A stretch of 59,436 nucleotides of DNA, counting the filler, from Bipalium vagum (taxonomy: Eukaryota), in the NCBI GenBank assembly GCA_037834085.1. It is 3 parts of 3 records of this genome, joined end to end, with 100 filler letters (N's around TTAATTAATTAA, not from the genome) between each part and the next. Parts side by side here need not be neighbours in the genome. Positions count along the whole stretch, not along the records: positions 19,104 to 35,991 come from JBBMKC010088021.1; positions 36,092 to 59,436 come from JBBMKC010209708.1; 1 more part is not named here. One strand, 5' to 3'. A program made the position numbers and the translations under genes. The notes beneath the pieces were generated by a model, which had not been told where the DNA came from, searched no databases, and was given only the letters and a program-made list of their open reading frames with translations. Below, in pieces: positions 26,641 to 40,560 of this stretch (its first letter is position 1; each line of letters opens with the position of its first letter).

Positions 26641-28729
26641 ATTATTATTATTTATTTATTTTTTCAAATTCCATATCTGAATATCATTTACTGCACACTG
26701 GACATTAAAATAATCATTACTTTATTTCACCCCAGGGGAAACTAAAAAAGATGATCCAATGTGACTTTAAATCAAAATAAATCCATTTTCACAATTAAGG
26801 TCTATTTACACATGTAGCACCCTTCACATTTTTATTGTATTTGTTCCCTGGTGAGAATGCATTTGTTATTATCATTAAAATATTACTAATTCCTTTTGTT
26901 TTTTTATTATTCTTACGGCTTTTGAAATTTTCCTGTACCAATCTTCTATAATTATCTTGGTTGAACAAGATAATTGAGACATATCATTTCAGAATTGATT
27001 CTTTCTACTTTTGAGATATTACCTTTCAACACGTCGATCTCTATATTAACCTCACTCTATTCACCAAAATAATACAGAACTTCAAGTCACATTTTTATCT
27101 TATACTAATTATACCCTACAACTTTAATCTAATGATAATTAGACTAAGTCTGTCTTTCTCTGCTTGATTTCATATCATATCAAAATGTATGAAAAATAAT
27201 ATATTTTACTACGCATGTTAATCTGAAATAATAATAAAAAAATTATTATTATTAAAACACTTTATATATTGATTTTGAAGTTATATTTCTGTTGCTTTTT
27301 ATCGTTTAAGCTTTCATTTCGAATAATTAATTAAATATGATAATAAAATATGATCTTATTATAATATTTTTACTTAATAACAATAAATAAATAATAATTA
27401 AAAATAAATAAAAACTTCCTATTCCATTATAAATTCTAATAAGATTTTCCTTATTTTACGGAAAAGCACTGATTAAACTATTTTTCTTAATTTTAATTTT
27501 CTGCTTTATGAATTTCAAAAAATAAAATTTCTTAAATTTAAAAATTTATATTATATTTTTATTTTTTCAAATTAATTTTTTAATTTTTTATTTAATAATA
27601 TTTTTATCTAAAATATTTTTATCCTATTGCGAAAATTCTCGAACCAACGTTGAATTCTGCGTTCATTAATTGAACCCAGTTTAAACTCGTACAAGGCAAT
27701 CACAAGAAAGTCATGTTTTTGCATTTTATATTGAATTGACGCTAAAGTCTAAAAATCAATGATTAATCATTAAAACAAATACATTAAGATATGGAGCGAT
27801 TTCTAACGAACAGGTTGATATATCATAAGGCAGGATTAAACCACATATAATGAGTAATTTCATGCCAAACCTTAATTTCAATAAATCCGACATTTTTATG
27901 TAACAATCTCACACTTTTGATTTTAGTTAAGAGCAGAGAATGAATGATTTTTTTTTAATTTAATTTTTATGAATAAAATAAATTATTAAATATTATCGAA
28001 TTGTAAATTTTTGGAAAAAAAAATTTTTTAATTTTGAAATTTTATATAATTATAAATTATAGATTTAAAACCTATTTTATCAATTTCCAATAATTTCTAA
28101 CAAATTTAATGGAAATTTTTTCAAAGTTTGTTTTAATTTGTTTTAAATATTTTCGTCAAATAAAGTAATTTTTGTTTTGTACAAAATTTTAGTTTTTCCT
28201 TTGGGATAATAATTTTAAAAGTTAGTAAAAATTAATCTACTTAAAAAGAAAAACTGTTATAATAATGGTGAAAGGGAATTATATAATTATAAAGTGAAGA
28301 AAAGAGGAATAATTAATAAAAGAAAATATTTTAAATTTCCATAAAAATTTTCCGTTCTAATAAATTTAATCTTTACTGTAAAAAGAGTTTATGGAGAGAA
28401 CTTAATCTATTTATACACAAATATTTTAAAAAGAAAATAATTACAACCAAGATATAATAAATATTATATAATATTTTTCAAAATATTTCAGGCAGAATTA
28501 AAGGAGTTTTTTTTTATTTTAATAATTTTAGGCCTCGCTGTTCAAATTGAGATAATCAATGGTTGGCAGTCTTTTGACAAAAAAAATCGTAAATAAATTT
28601 ATTGAACATTTTCATCCAACAAAACATGATGATCTCAAAAATATATATTTGTCAACCGAAAATAGAAAATTCCATGCAAAAATTCTCTTCTACTCTCATC
28701 CTTGTTTTATTCAATAAAAGATAAAAGAT

Positions 28730-29371
28730 GGGGTTTTAATAATAAACCAGCAATCCTGACAAAAAAAACCAATGGTTGAATATAGGTAAGGTGGCCAAAC
28801 CAGTTCCAAATAGAGAACGGTTCTCAAGAAATGTGCTATTGTGTATTTGGTAGAATTTCGAAGGCGTTATTCACTTTGAATTAATCCCGAACAAGACATT
28901 AGACGCAGAATTCTATTGTACACAATTAAATCGAATGTATGAAAGGATGCAGTCGAAAATACCTTAATTGGTTAATGGAAAACTGGTACTCTTGCTTCAA
29001 GATAATGCCAGAACACACATGACGAAGAAAACGCTTGAAAAAATCAGAAAATTGGAATCAGTTCAGCTTTTATCAGATCCAGCATATATCTTAAACTTGC
29101 TCCATCAGATTATAATCTTTTCTGAGTACATTTTGTCAAACAGCAAACTTTTAATGATTTGGACGAGGTTTGAAAAGAAATACCAAGGATTTTTGTGTGC
29201 AAAGACAAGGACTGGTATCATCGCTAGATGGAACTACTGGCAGATAGATTGTTTAGGACCATTGAGTCCAATGATCTTTTCTTTGAGATCTAATAAAAAT
29301 ATTTACTTTCTTTACTACGCTCTTCATTATTTCATTTTAAAAAATTGAGATTACTTATGAGTAAACCAAAT
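28730..29371 (+). mobile_element. Mariner 3' half
   Basis: NVLLCIW*NFEGVIHFELIPNKTLDAEFYC, LLQDNARTH; terminal TIR-like ATTACTTATGAGTAAACCAAAT. Confidence 0.8.
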
Positions 29372-31069
29372 GCTTTTTTTGCACTTTTTGTAATATTTGG
29401 AAATATTTTTGCATTATTTAATGCAAAAAATGCAATTGTGTTTAAATAATAATAACAAACATCTTTGTTTCCTCAGATAAACATATCAAAGAGCAAAAAT
29501 AGTGAGCTTTTTGTCATGAAATATTCATACGGAATTCTCATAGAATTTATTGATTTCTTAGAGGATTTCGATAAGAGGATTTAATTTAATTGGACGATCA
29601 TAAAGAAAATGAATTTTTATAAAGACCAAATAAATTTAAAGGAATATCTTAATTCAAGATTAAAGCAAATTTGATTTCCAAAAAATTATGGTATAAGAAA
29701 TTCCAAATATATCTCGAAGCGATTACTCCAATGTCATGGAATGTGCTTCAACTTTAATTCAAATCGAAAGATGTTTTTCAATGCTAAAAGCCATTTTTCG
29801 ACATTTTAAAACTAGAAAATCTCGGAAATATTTTATTTCCTCTTTTAACGGATTGAATAATACCGATACCTGTACAGTTGAATAAAGTTTTGTAATCCAT
29901 ATCTAATTTTTAATAAACATTTTTTCTAAATAGGTTTTTAAATTTTTGCAATATTTTTACAAAGTAATTACATCATTTTAGAATAATTTGCATTTTTGCA
30001 TTATTCCTAAGAAAATTGTTACTTTTTTCGAAAAAATTTGCAATTTTTTGGTTGCTCTTTTCATGACTAACCCGGATAATAATAAAGAAATACTTTTAGC
30101 TTCCAGAATGATATCAGTAAAAGAGTGAAGGATATATTAAAATTAGCACAGTAGAAAATAATAAAATTAATCGCCAAAATTCTAAATATTTTGAAATGAT
30201 TTTTATATTATTAACATCCAGTGGTCACAAATTTGAATATCCAATCAAATTTGATCAAACCATAAAAATCATTTATTTTTATAAATTTAAATGATATATT
30301 AAAATCTTATACATATATTTTTAAAATTAATAAATTCTATTATTTAAATTGTTAAATTTTACGAAACGTTTTATAAATTATAATAATTTATGATACAAAA
30401 TTAAAAAATAAAATATTCATTTAAATTTTGATATTTATTATTTTAAATATTATAATATTAATAAAAACAAAACATTATAATATAAATATGATATTAAAAT
30501 TGAAAATTCCCGTGGTCTGGTTGCATTCCTTATAATAATCAATAATACATCCCATCAAGAAATTTACATAGTTAATTATTCTACTCCTTGAAAAGATCTC
30601 TAAAGAAAAAATCTGAATATTGTTAAAAATCTTTTCAATGACTCAAGCCATTCAACGAAACAATTGTTCTCTTCTTATTCTTCATGACATAAAACTACAT
30701 ATAATTAGATTTATTAATTTGCTACTATTCATTTTCCTGTACAACTTTGTTTAACGGTGCGTTGAAAAATATAATTTTATTTTTCTAGTTTAATAATTTT
30801 TATAATAAATGAAAATTTTTTACATTTGATAATTAATTTCATAACAAAGAGTAAATTTTTTGTTGAAACTAATTCACTATTTTACTGAACTATTTTTAAT
30901 TTATCAATATTGAAAATTCCCGATACTTTCACAATTTTCGTGTTTAGAATACTCTCAATTGTTTTGTAATATAGATTTTTTTAAAAATTACTGTAAATGT
31001 AACTTGACAAAACCAAATTTTCAAAAATTAATACAAGCTTGATTTTTGCGTTTTGACCTCTTTAAAAAG

Positions 31070-31940
31070 GCGATATATAAAAAGTCAAAACAATTACATT
31101 AAAAAATTTTATGTAGAATAATTCCAATCATTCATAATAAAATTCTCCTCCAGTTTTGGCAGATTATGAATATCGTAATGACAAAAATTTTTTGATTTGT
31201 CCAAATCCACTAGTTCAGTCAAATTTGGACCTCCTCGTAATTATTAAAACTAGGTTGGGTAAAACATCCCATTTCAGCTGTTTTATCGTCTGAGCAACTG
31301 TTTTTGTAACATGAGGCCGAGAATTGTCATGGACCATTATTACCTTGTCATGTCTGTCAGCCCATTGTGGTCTTTTAGAAATTATTTCTTCGTTTAATCG
31401 TATAGGCTGTTGTTCATAACGGTTAGCATTAACTGTTTTACCAAATTTCAGTAATTTATGGTATAAAATACCTTTGTGATTCCACCATATGTTTAGAAGC
31501 ATCTTTTTCCCATGAATATCCCGTTTTGCTGTTGAGTTTGTCGGTTGTACAGGATCAACTCGCCATCATTTACGTTTTGGATTGCTGAAATAGATCTAAT
31601 TTTTATCTCCCGTAATTATGCGATGCAAGAATGATTTTCTTTTATTCTTTTCGAACAAAATGTTGCATATGGCTATCCGTTGCTGTTTATCTCTTTCCGA
31701 CAATTGTCGTTCAAATCAAAATTACCGTCCATGAATTGATTAAACCTGTTCCGACAATTTCTTTTGGCTAAATCATGGCTGTTATAAGTCTCTATCATTA
31801 ATTTATGCGTATCAATAGTATTTTTCTTTAAATGAAATAGGAAAAGCAATGCTCTTCGCATATATTGTTTTTCAGGTACAATTTCCGTCTTCTAGAACGA
31901 AAATTTTTAAATTATTTAAAAACTTGTTTACAAATTCTTA
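31070..31940 (-). mobile_element. Decayed Mos1-like mariner
   Basis: MRRALLFLFHLKK N-terminus; ITGDKN; LLNIWWNHKGILYHKLLK; HDNSRPHV. Confidence 0.88.
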
Positions 31941-31982
31941 CATTATTGTAGATAGCGCTTAGAATGTATAGAAAGTACTGTA

Positions 31983-32617
31983 CCATATTTTAGCGAAAAT
32001 AGTCAATGGGTTATATATTAAAAAAATTTTTTTCATCATAAAGTAGACTCTGCGGACTATACTCCACTGCGGGTTATACATGAAAACTTTAAATTGGTAC
32101 ATAAAAAATGTGTAATCAGTTATGAAATATAGTAAAACTTTGGTAAAATAAAATGAAGGATAGCAATTTTCAAATGGAATAATCAGTAGATTCATAATTA
32201 TACATCTTTTGAAAGCCGTGGACAATTGTTTCAGAAGTTATTTGATCCCATGCATTTGCTATCCATTTACAGATTTCGGAATAAAATGTTTTCCTTTGTC
32301 AGTCAGTCTTTGTATAAGAATGATTGTCTTTCATCATCCATTGTTCCAATTCTTCGCGAATCTTACTTTTAAATTGATTATTTCAAAAACCGTCAGTTTA
32401 AAATCGTTGTATATGATTTTCTTGTTTACATTATTACAAGCTAGTAAAATGTATATACTTCAAATGCTTATATGAAATATTATTGAGGAATCAATAAATT
32501 TTTACTATATTACGCAACACCGAAGAGTGCGGGCTATAGTCAAGTGCAGGCAATACAATAAATTTTTTTTGAAATCTGTCAACATTTATTCTGCGGGCTA
32601 TATTCGCTAAAATACGG
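31983..32617. mobile_element. Non-autonomous Tc2/pogo-type element (MITE-like)
   Basis: TIRs CCATATTTTAGCGAAAATAGTC / GGCTATATTCGCTAAAATACGG; internal GCGG(G/A)(C/T)TATA subterminal repeats. Confidence 0.75.
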
Positions 32618-32808
32618 TCCATTACTTTTTATACATTTTATTTAATTAATCATTTTCTTTTTTATATTACTTGTATTTTTTATAATAAATGTCTTAATTT
32701 ATTTTCAATTTTTTATTATTATAATTTAAATTACACTCGTTATTGTTTTAAAATTAAAATTTTTTTGGTTTAATAATTATAATCACTCTTGTTAGTTGAA
32801 AATTAATC

Positions 32809-32879
32809 GGAGATACCGGGATTCGATCTCGGGACCTTCACATGCGCATGCACTGCTCTGACTGCTGAGCTACATCCCT
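32809..32879 (-). pseudogene. tRNA-Ala(CGC)-derived sequence (tRNA pseudogene or SINE-like head), copy 1
   Basis: Minus strand GGGATGTAGCTCAGCAGTCAGAGC..GCGCATGTGAAGGTCCCGAGATCGAATCCCGGTATCTCC; A and B boxes present, anticodon arm imperfect. Confidence 0.75.
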
Positions 32880-33364
32880 GATTAATTTTCAATTTATCTC
32901 ACAACTCTTTATACAGAATTTAGAATTCAACAAACAAAATAACTTGATTTTCTTTCAATCTCAAAGGTACTGGTTGAAACCTGACAAGATTTCATGTCTG
33001 GAATCTCATTAGTAACTCTTAAAGAATTATAATTAAAGTTTATTAATTATAGGTTTCGAATTATTCTAGGCTTTATTTTCAATGGTAGATATTTTCTTTT
33101 TTCTTTTCTTAAATACTCTTTTATACATTGTTTTTACTTTTACACTAGGTTTCATTTTAATTATTCCAATTATAATCTTTTTAGGTATGTAAATATTGTA
33201 CATTTTTTAAAGAACTTTTGAGAAATATTGCTCGCTTTCGGGAATTTATTTAAAAAAATAAAATAATTATTACTTCTCACTGAAAACCAATAATTGCAGC
33301 AGAAATCATCAGGGAATGTAAAAAAGAATAAATAATATATCTTTAATATTCTTATTAAAAATAT

Positions 33365-33960
33365 TTATTTTATTTCCGTGGTTAATATGTGAAGCAAAAA
33401 TGGATTGATTTTGTTTCTAGATAGAAATGATGAACTCATCTCCATCCGCTTTGATTTATGATTCTCTTGGAGTTCATCAGGGACCCATTTATCCATTTTC
33501 TTTATCTTTCCAATAATTTTCAGATTCCACAAAACTCTTGCTAGACTAATACCAAGATCTTTTGCAAGCTGTCTTACTGTTATACATGGATTTTTTTCAG
33601 CGAGAAACTTAAGCTTTTCATTTTCCAGCAAGGTGTTAAAAAGTCCGCAACTTTTATTTTCAAGTATTGTATTGCTAAACCAAAATCTAATTTTGCGACC
33701 TTTCACAGTGTTTTGTCCAAATGTTTTGTTGATGTTTTCTGCAGCTTTCTTGGACTTATTACCATATTTGTATTCGTAAAAAAATAGAAGGCTACATTCC
33801 AAACTTTCATTTTAAAATAAATATTTTAACAATAGAGCTAAAATTAAATACTGAAAATATAAAACTTGTACTTTCAAATTATATCAATGACCTCAAAATA
33901 TATGAATATCTAAACAAACGATTATCTGAAAATCACATGTTTTGTATTAGCAACTTCATT
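33365..33960 (-). mobile_element. Mariner 5' half (Hsmar1-like)
   Basis: 145 aa ORF: FFYEYKYGNKSKKAAENINKTFG..KKMDKWVPDEL..NPFLLHILT. Confidence 0.85.
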
Positions 33961-36091
33961 ATTGAAAACATTACTTTGATGTTTTATTTATTTAAACTTA
34001 ATTCAAGGTTTGTATTATTAGGTTGCCAAGAAAGTAATTTCGTTTTTTATATGCATTACAAAACAAATTTTTTTAATCTTTATTATTTTAATATACAAAA
34101 TCTTTTGTGTTTATATAAAGTGCAAAAATAGCGCATTATTTAAATGAAATTTCATATTTATTCATGTATTAGTTTTTAATATTTTTAGATATGAAAATGT
34201 GACAAAACTCATTTAGACATTGTAACCCTTTATGAGTACCAAAAATAGCAATAACCCTGTTCTGACAATCAAAAGTTTATTGTTTAAAACTCCATCTCTA
34301 ATCAAATAATATTTCTTATACCCTCTTAATTAGTTAGATGTATTTATATATTCTTCTGGAATTGAATCAAAGCTTCCAATTTAAGATTCTCTTGTTGAAA
34401 ATGGATCTTAATATATATATATAACTGGAAAATTATAATAAAAAAATTATCTTACACTATAAATAATTTAGGTCCAAAGAACAGGAACTTGAATTTCAGA
34501 AAATACTTTCTTTACTTGTTAGTAAAAATATTTAAAACCCTTTCTTTTTTGTATTTTTAAATAAATTTTTTGTTTAAATATGTATGTGGGGTTATCAATT
34601 GTAGTAGAAAGAATCACTAAAAATTTTAATATTTCTTTTTTGGTTCTCTTGATCTTTATCAACAAGAATTTCGATGATTGTTCTCTTTTTACTTAAACTG
34701 AAAAATAAAAACTTTCTAAAAGCATTTTGATTTGTATAAATAATTAAATAAATTGGCCTCTATTTATATCTTCTGTTTCTCCTCTAACTGTACATTTAAT
34801 TCTTCTTACCCTTCGGCTACAGAATTCGTTTGTTTTAATTTAGAGAACCTCTCGAGTTTCTACTTCAAGAGAACATACCAATATCTCAAATAAAATAATA
34901 AAGTTTATTTATTTGAACCAGGTATCATATTCTACCTTGTATTCTTTGTGATTCAAGGTAAACGCATTAAAAATTTTGAGTTGTTCTTTTGTCATTCTAT
35001 CCTAGTATAGACTTTCTGGGTGTTAAGAAAAAGTAAAAAATAATAGTTTGCTACTTGAGCACACTTCTGATTGGTAGAGGCAGTGGGCACAATTATTGTT
35101 TATAAAGTCTACTCGAACCCAACAGAACCTAAGAAATATTTAAACTATTTGATTCATTAAATTCAATAATTAATATAATATTATTAGTTATTAATATAAT
35201 AAATATAATTATTCAGTATTTTATTTATTTATATGATAAAAATCGATAAACATAAGCTCCCTTCCACCACCTTTTACTCTTATATTTCTTTCTCCTTGAC
35301 TTAATTGATGGAACTTTTCTTCATTTGTTTTCTATCGTAGAATCATTCTGTGTTATCTAGTTGCTTTTCACTATAATACGCTGCGATATTCTACTTGTAC
35401 TTAAAGCCTAGAACTCATATGATTTTCTTTTTTTCTTGGTCATTGAAGGTATTGTAAAGGTAAAGATAGTTGAAACTTGTAGCTGTAATTAAAGAATAAG
35501 ATCTGACCAATCAGTTTTCAGCATTTTCAGAAATCTGGTTGGCTAATTGCACAACTTTGTATTTGGTAACATCTTGTAGTTTTTTTAATTTTTTAAATTT
35601 TAAAATTACTTGTATACTGGTAGACATAATTATTTATACTTAATGTTTCTTTAAGTGAATTTATCTCAATTAAGAAATTTGATGTTGGTTCAATTTTAAA
35701 AATATGTCTGTTGTTATCTTCTAGGTAGTGATATATATTTCTAAATTGGAAATATATTATTTTTGTAATTTTGATTGTCAATAATGAAATAAAGGACATA
35801 ATTTTTTATACCACTACAGTATCTTATAAGAAGAAAAGAAAGACGAGCCTAATTAATTATATTTCTTTTTTAATCAACAAATTGACCAACCTACTTCTAA
35901 AAGTTTTATACAGGTTAATAATTACATGTCGTTTTGTGTTATTTATCATATCTGCAGCCTGATTGATTTTCTGTCGCAGTTCAAGTAGGTTNNNNNNNNN
36001 NNNNNNNNNNNNNNNNNNNNNNNNNNNNNNNNNNNTTAATTAATTAANNNNNNNNNNNNNNNNNNNNNNNNNNNNNNNNNNNNNNNNNNNN

Positions 36092-36180
36092 AGTAAAAAT
36101 TTATACTAATTAAGTAAAAAGTTATACTTTTAAAGTAAAAATTTATACTAATTAAGTAAAAAGTTATAATTTTAAAGTAA
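36092..36180. repeat. 21-bp-unit tandem repeat beside a gap
   Basis: AGTAAAAATTTATACTAATTA and AGTAAAAAGTTATACTTTTAA alternate. Confidence 0.75.
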
Positions 36181-36560
36181 AAACCCTATATTGAACATTA
36201 ATAGTTATAATATAGGATTTATGTATTATTAAAATTCTTATATAACTAAGATATTTTTATAAATTTTATTATGTAGACAAAATAATATTTATATTAAAAC
36301 AAAAATTATGACCACCGAAATTATAAAAAACATAAACAACCAGACACGATTTTTAAAGAAATATGTGAAAATCATGGAAATTAAAGGTGAAATAAATGAT
36401 GAAATTTCCTGAAAATCTAGACATATTTGTTTAAACGATTTAAAGGTACGAGAACAGATAAAAATCTGACTCTTTCCAGAAAAACAGGACACCAAATCAC
36501 ATACAAAATTAAAACCGAGATTTTTCTAACATCCGATAAAACTACATGCAACTTACTGTA

Positions 36561-36650
36561 ACAAAACCGTACTACTCTTAGAGATCAATCAACCACTGAT
36601 TTAAACAAAACCGTACTACTCTTAGAGATCAATCAACCACTGATTTAAAC
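36561..36650. repeat. Perfect 44-bp tandem duplication
   Basis: ACAAAACCGTACTACTCTTAGAGATCAATCAACCACTGATTTAA x2. Confidence 0.9.
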
Positions 36651-38977
36651 AACGTTATATTTTATTTTTATAATCAATATTATTTATATTAAATTACAAT
36701 AGAAAAGGAACCTTATTATGTGTTATGATAAATTAAAATTTATAAAAATCTTTCACATTAGTTTTGAATTTCTATAATATGTCATCACGTGCCTTTAACA
36801 AAAATCATTGATTTAGTATGGCTTAAAGAACAGAGTTACAAGTTTTTTTAGAAATTTTTTTGATGCGCTTAAGTAGTAAATAGTCCCGTATTTCCCCGAC
36901 TTTTAAAAATAAAGTTTTGATCTGTTCACTAACATTTGACTTCTCAAAAAAAATTTTGTGCAAGATAAATGAAACTATTGCTGTTTTTCAAATATCACAA
37001 CATTTTAAATAAATTACAAAATTTAATAAAATGATCTAGTGGGACTTTTCCGTCTCCATAGTGAAAAATATAGAAAATCTTACATTTTAAAAATTCTAAA
37101 AAATTCCATAATTTACAATTTTAAAAAAAAATTAATTTTCCTGTTAAAAATGGATTTTAAATTTTTGACTACATTTACTTTAGAGAAAAATGAAAATAAA
37201 TTATTGATGAATTTCTCAATTTTGATTTTAACTATGTTCAAATGATATACATTTATTTTATTTTCTAATTTTAATTTACAAAAATTGTGTTATAAATGTT
37301 GTGAGGAATTATCTTTTAAAAAATAAGTCATCAAGTAAATACTACAAAACATGAAAAAATAAACAACAAATGCAATGGAAAAACAACAATTAAAAATGTA
37401 CGAAAAACGAAAATTTTTTTTTTAAATTTCAAGAAAAATGTTAATTTTTTTTATAAAAACTAGTGGCGATATACATCATAAATTACAAATATTATTTACA
37501 AAAAATTTTGTTTGTTTTACAAATTGTTTTACAAATACCCAGGCGATTTAGAGTCTATAAATCCTTTTAACAGAAAAAATCCAATTTTCAGCACTTGGAG
37601 TAAATATTGATAAAAGATTAGAAACTTATAAAAAAATTTATAGAAAATCCAAATATTTCTCCAATTCCAAAACCAGATTCAATCTCAATAAGAATAATAG
37701 ATCAGGCAGAAATGAACATAATGTAAAATTCAAATAATTTAAAAAACATATGTTGCAGATGTAGAAACTATTCATGAGATGAATAAAATTTAAATTTTTG
37801 GAAAAAATATGGAAAGCTAAATATTGACATTAGAGTACCGAGTTGTGGAGTTGTATAATACATAGCATAGTTATATGCAGTAAGTCGTTGGCTTTACTGT
37901 GTTGTACATTCTTTTTAACCTTCGTCTGGACTTGGTCCTTGATCAGCTTGAATAAGGACTGGGAGTTTTGTTGACTCGAAACCATAGAGATGGGAGAAAC
38001 TGAAAAGCGCAACCCAATGCAAACGCTGCAAATACGCGGTTAGTTAGTGACATCGTTCAGATGATCAGCTGACAGGCGTTGGCATTCCTTTTGCGGACAA
38101 ACACATGTTTTGACACTTACACGCACACGCACTACCATGAAAGACAGAGAGAGCACTTTGATAGAGAGCAGACACCGTATTCAAAAATATCAATCTGTGT
38201 CTAAGAAACCACACAAGCAGGCAGGCACAAAAGTGAGATTTTCTAATGAGGAATATAACAAATTGCTTTTCAATCAGAGCCCGACTTGTCAATTCTGCAT
38301 CTCTTCAATTAAGAATAGAGAAAGCCACTTCTGCTATTTTCCTACTAGAATCAATATTTCTTTACAACTTTCAAAACTAGAACTACAACTACAATTACTA
38401 CTAGTCAATGTTTCTCATCATAATGTTTTTATGGAAACACTGACTTTCGTATGGAGGCAAGTCACATCCATCACACAATTTATACAATGATACTGTAATT
38501 GTTGTAATAATTGCTAACTAGGTCATACAAATTTTGGTTGCTACTACTTTCATCAAACTACTACTTTGAGTTTCTTGTGTTCAATAAACTGTCATAACAT
38601 TTTTATGGTATAATATAATTTATCTCCCACACTAATTTGCAAGCGGTACTTATACGGATATTTTGTAAAATTTTTGAAGGATAGAAATAGATGAGTTTTT
38701 AATAAATGAATGATAACAATGATAGTTTAGTATTTTAATAAAAATGATTTATTATGTTAAAATTGTTGTTCTTTACCCAAAAAAGATCATATCGTTATAC
38801 TTATCATCTGAAACTAATTTATTTTATGAGTAAATTATTTAATTAATTTTTTTGATTATCATTCTAATCCTTTTCAGTCACTTTTAGAGAGAAACCATTT
38901 TAATTCAACATTATTTAAAGAAATTTAAATTATATTTTCAAGTAAACCTTTTACCCTGTGTTAGTTGAAAATTAATC

Positions 38978-39049
38978 GGCGATACCGGGATTCGAACCCG
39001 GGACCTTCACATGCGCATGGAATGCTCTGACCACAGAGCTACATACCCC
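38978..39049 (-). pseudogene. tRNA-Ala(CGC)-derived sequence, copy 2
   Basis: Minus strand GGGGTATGTAGCTCTGTGGTCAGAGCATTCCATGCGCATGTGAAGGTCCCGGGTTCGAATCCCGGTATCGCC; canonical B box GGTTCGAATCC. Confidence 0.75.
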
Positions 39050-39744
39050 GACTAATTTTCAGATATCTCACATCCCTCTCCTTTAAACCTCATACCAATA
39101 CCCTTAACCGCCCCGAGTCTCTTTACTTCTATTTCCATTCAATTCCTTTATATTTTTACTTCCAAGACCTCGTCTCATGGTTGGTGTCCTGGTGTGGTCG
39201 CCATGTTAGTTAACTCAATAATTTATTATTGTTGACTTACAATCTCTACAGAGTTTCCCTTTATTTGTAAATAAAAAGTTTAAACTGCTTTTAACTGTCA
39301 AAAAAGTGTTACCCTTATACTTTCTAAAATTAAAACTTCAAAATAAATAAAAATTTAAAGTAAAAAATTAAAATCTTTTATTATGTGAAAGAGAATATAT
39401 ATTAAGAAAAATCTTGTGCTAAAAAGATAAAAGCAAAGCAGTATCAAAAAGGATTACAAAAAATACTAAAAAGAAAGATCAGTAAAGCAAAGATCATATA
39501 AATAAGCAAACTTTAGAATCGTCTATTTTTTTCTTCATTAAACTGATTTCATTGTTATTCAGATGGTGGCCCGAAAATTTTGTTTGTTTCAAATCAATGT
39601 TGAAAAATGAAAGCTGTTCATTATTCATCAATTCATTTGCCAATTGAAAAGATTTCTCAGAAATCTGTAGCTCTGTGAACTGAAATTTTCATGAATCAGT
39701 AAAAATTCTTGAATTTAATATAAATAAAATATCTAAAATATTTT

Positions 39745-40560
39745 ATTGGTTGGGCGAAAGTTTTATCGTATTTCATACAAATTTTGAAATTGAATAAAAA
39801 TGTGAAATTTATTTAAAGCACTAAGGCATCTGTTACATAGATAATCTTTTTTTCTCCTAGAGTTATTATTCTAAAATTGGCAAATTTATGTGATTTTTTT
39901 GGGAAAATTTTACCAAATAATTTTTATATAACTGCATAGAATTTGACTGTGACCCACTGAGAGTTTTGGAATTTTATATAAATTATAATCTTATGGTTTC
40001 ATATTTTCACTGCTTATTCATGAACATTATTTTTCCTCCAAACTGGCTTAAGCTTTACCAGCCTACAAAGATGTGTATAATCCGTCATTACCGTGCTCTT
40101 ATGCAATTGTATTTATCACACCGGTTCTTTTTTAATTCAACATTTTCATATACTTCAAATAGATTTGGGATCCATCTTTAGATTTAAATATTTTTTTCTT
40201 AGCAATTTAGTAACTACTTATACGTTGATTTATCTTTCGGAATTATCGAAAATTTCATTGACTAGTCAGTAGGAGCGAGATGTATCTTTGATATTGAATT
40301 TAACAGATTTAAGGTGATTAAACAAAAATCGCGATCATTTTCAGAAAACTTTTAACATTTTTCTTGCATCTTGTATTGCATTCTTGTCCTTATTGAAATA
40401 AAGTTTTAAAATATAAAGAATTCCTTCTTTTGATGTTGTCATCAGTAGTTAAGAGACGAGTAAAATTAAAGTAAATGTTTTATTAAATATTCAATAATTT
40501 AGTTTACAATACGAGAATACTTAAAAATATCTTTTTTCAAATTATAATAATTAAATATAA
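39745..40560 (-). mobile_element. Decayed mariner
   Basis: TIR-like TATTGGTTGGGCGAAAGTT at 39745; N-terminus MTTSKEGILYILKLYFNKDKNA at ~40443. Confidence 0.65.

Noticed and set aside
32809-32879. Functional tRNA-Ala genes (both copies)
   Set aside because: Anticodon stem mismatches, G at the U33-equivalent position and D-arm or acceptor changes point to pseudogene or repeat origin.
34560-35990. Possible decayed retroelement between the two tRNA-like repeats
   Set aside because: No RT, endonuclease or hammerhead motif could be identified by eye, and the region is broken by a gap.
36561-36650. 44-bp and 60-bp (45505-45620) direct repeats as possible CRISPR-like arrays
   Set aside because: Simple two-copy tandem duplications without unique spacers, in eukaryotic DNA.
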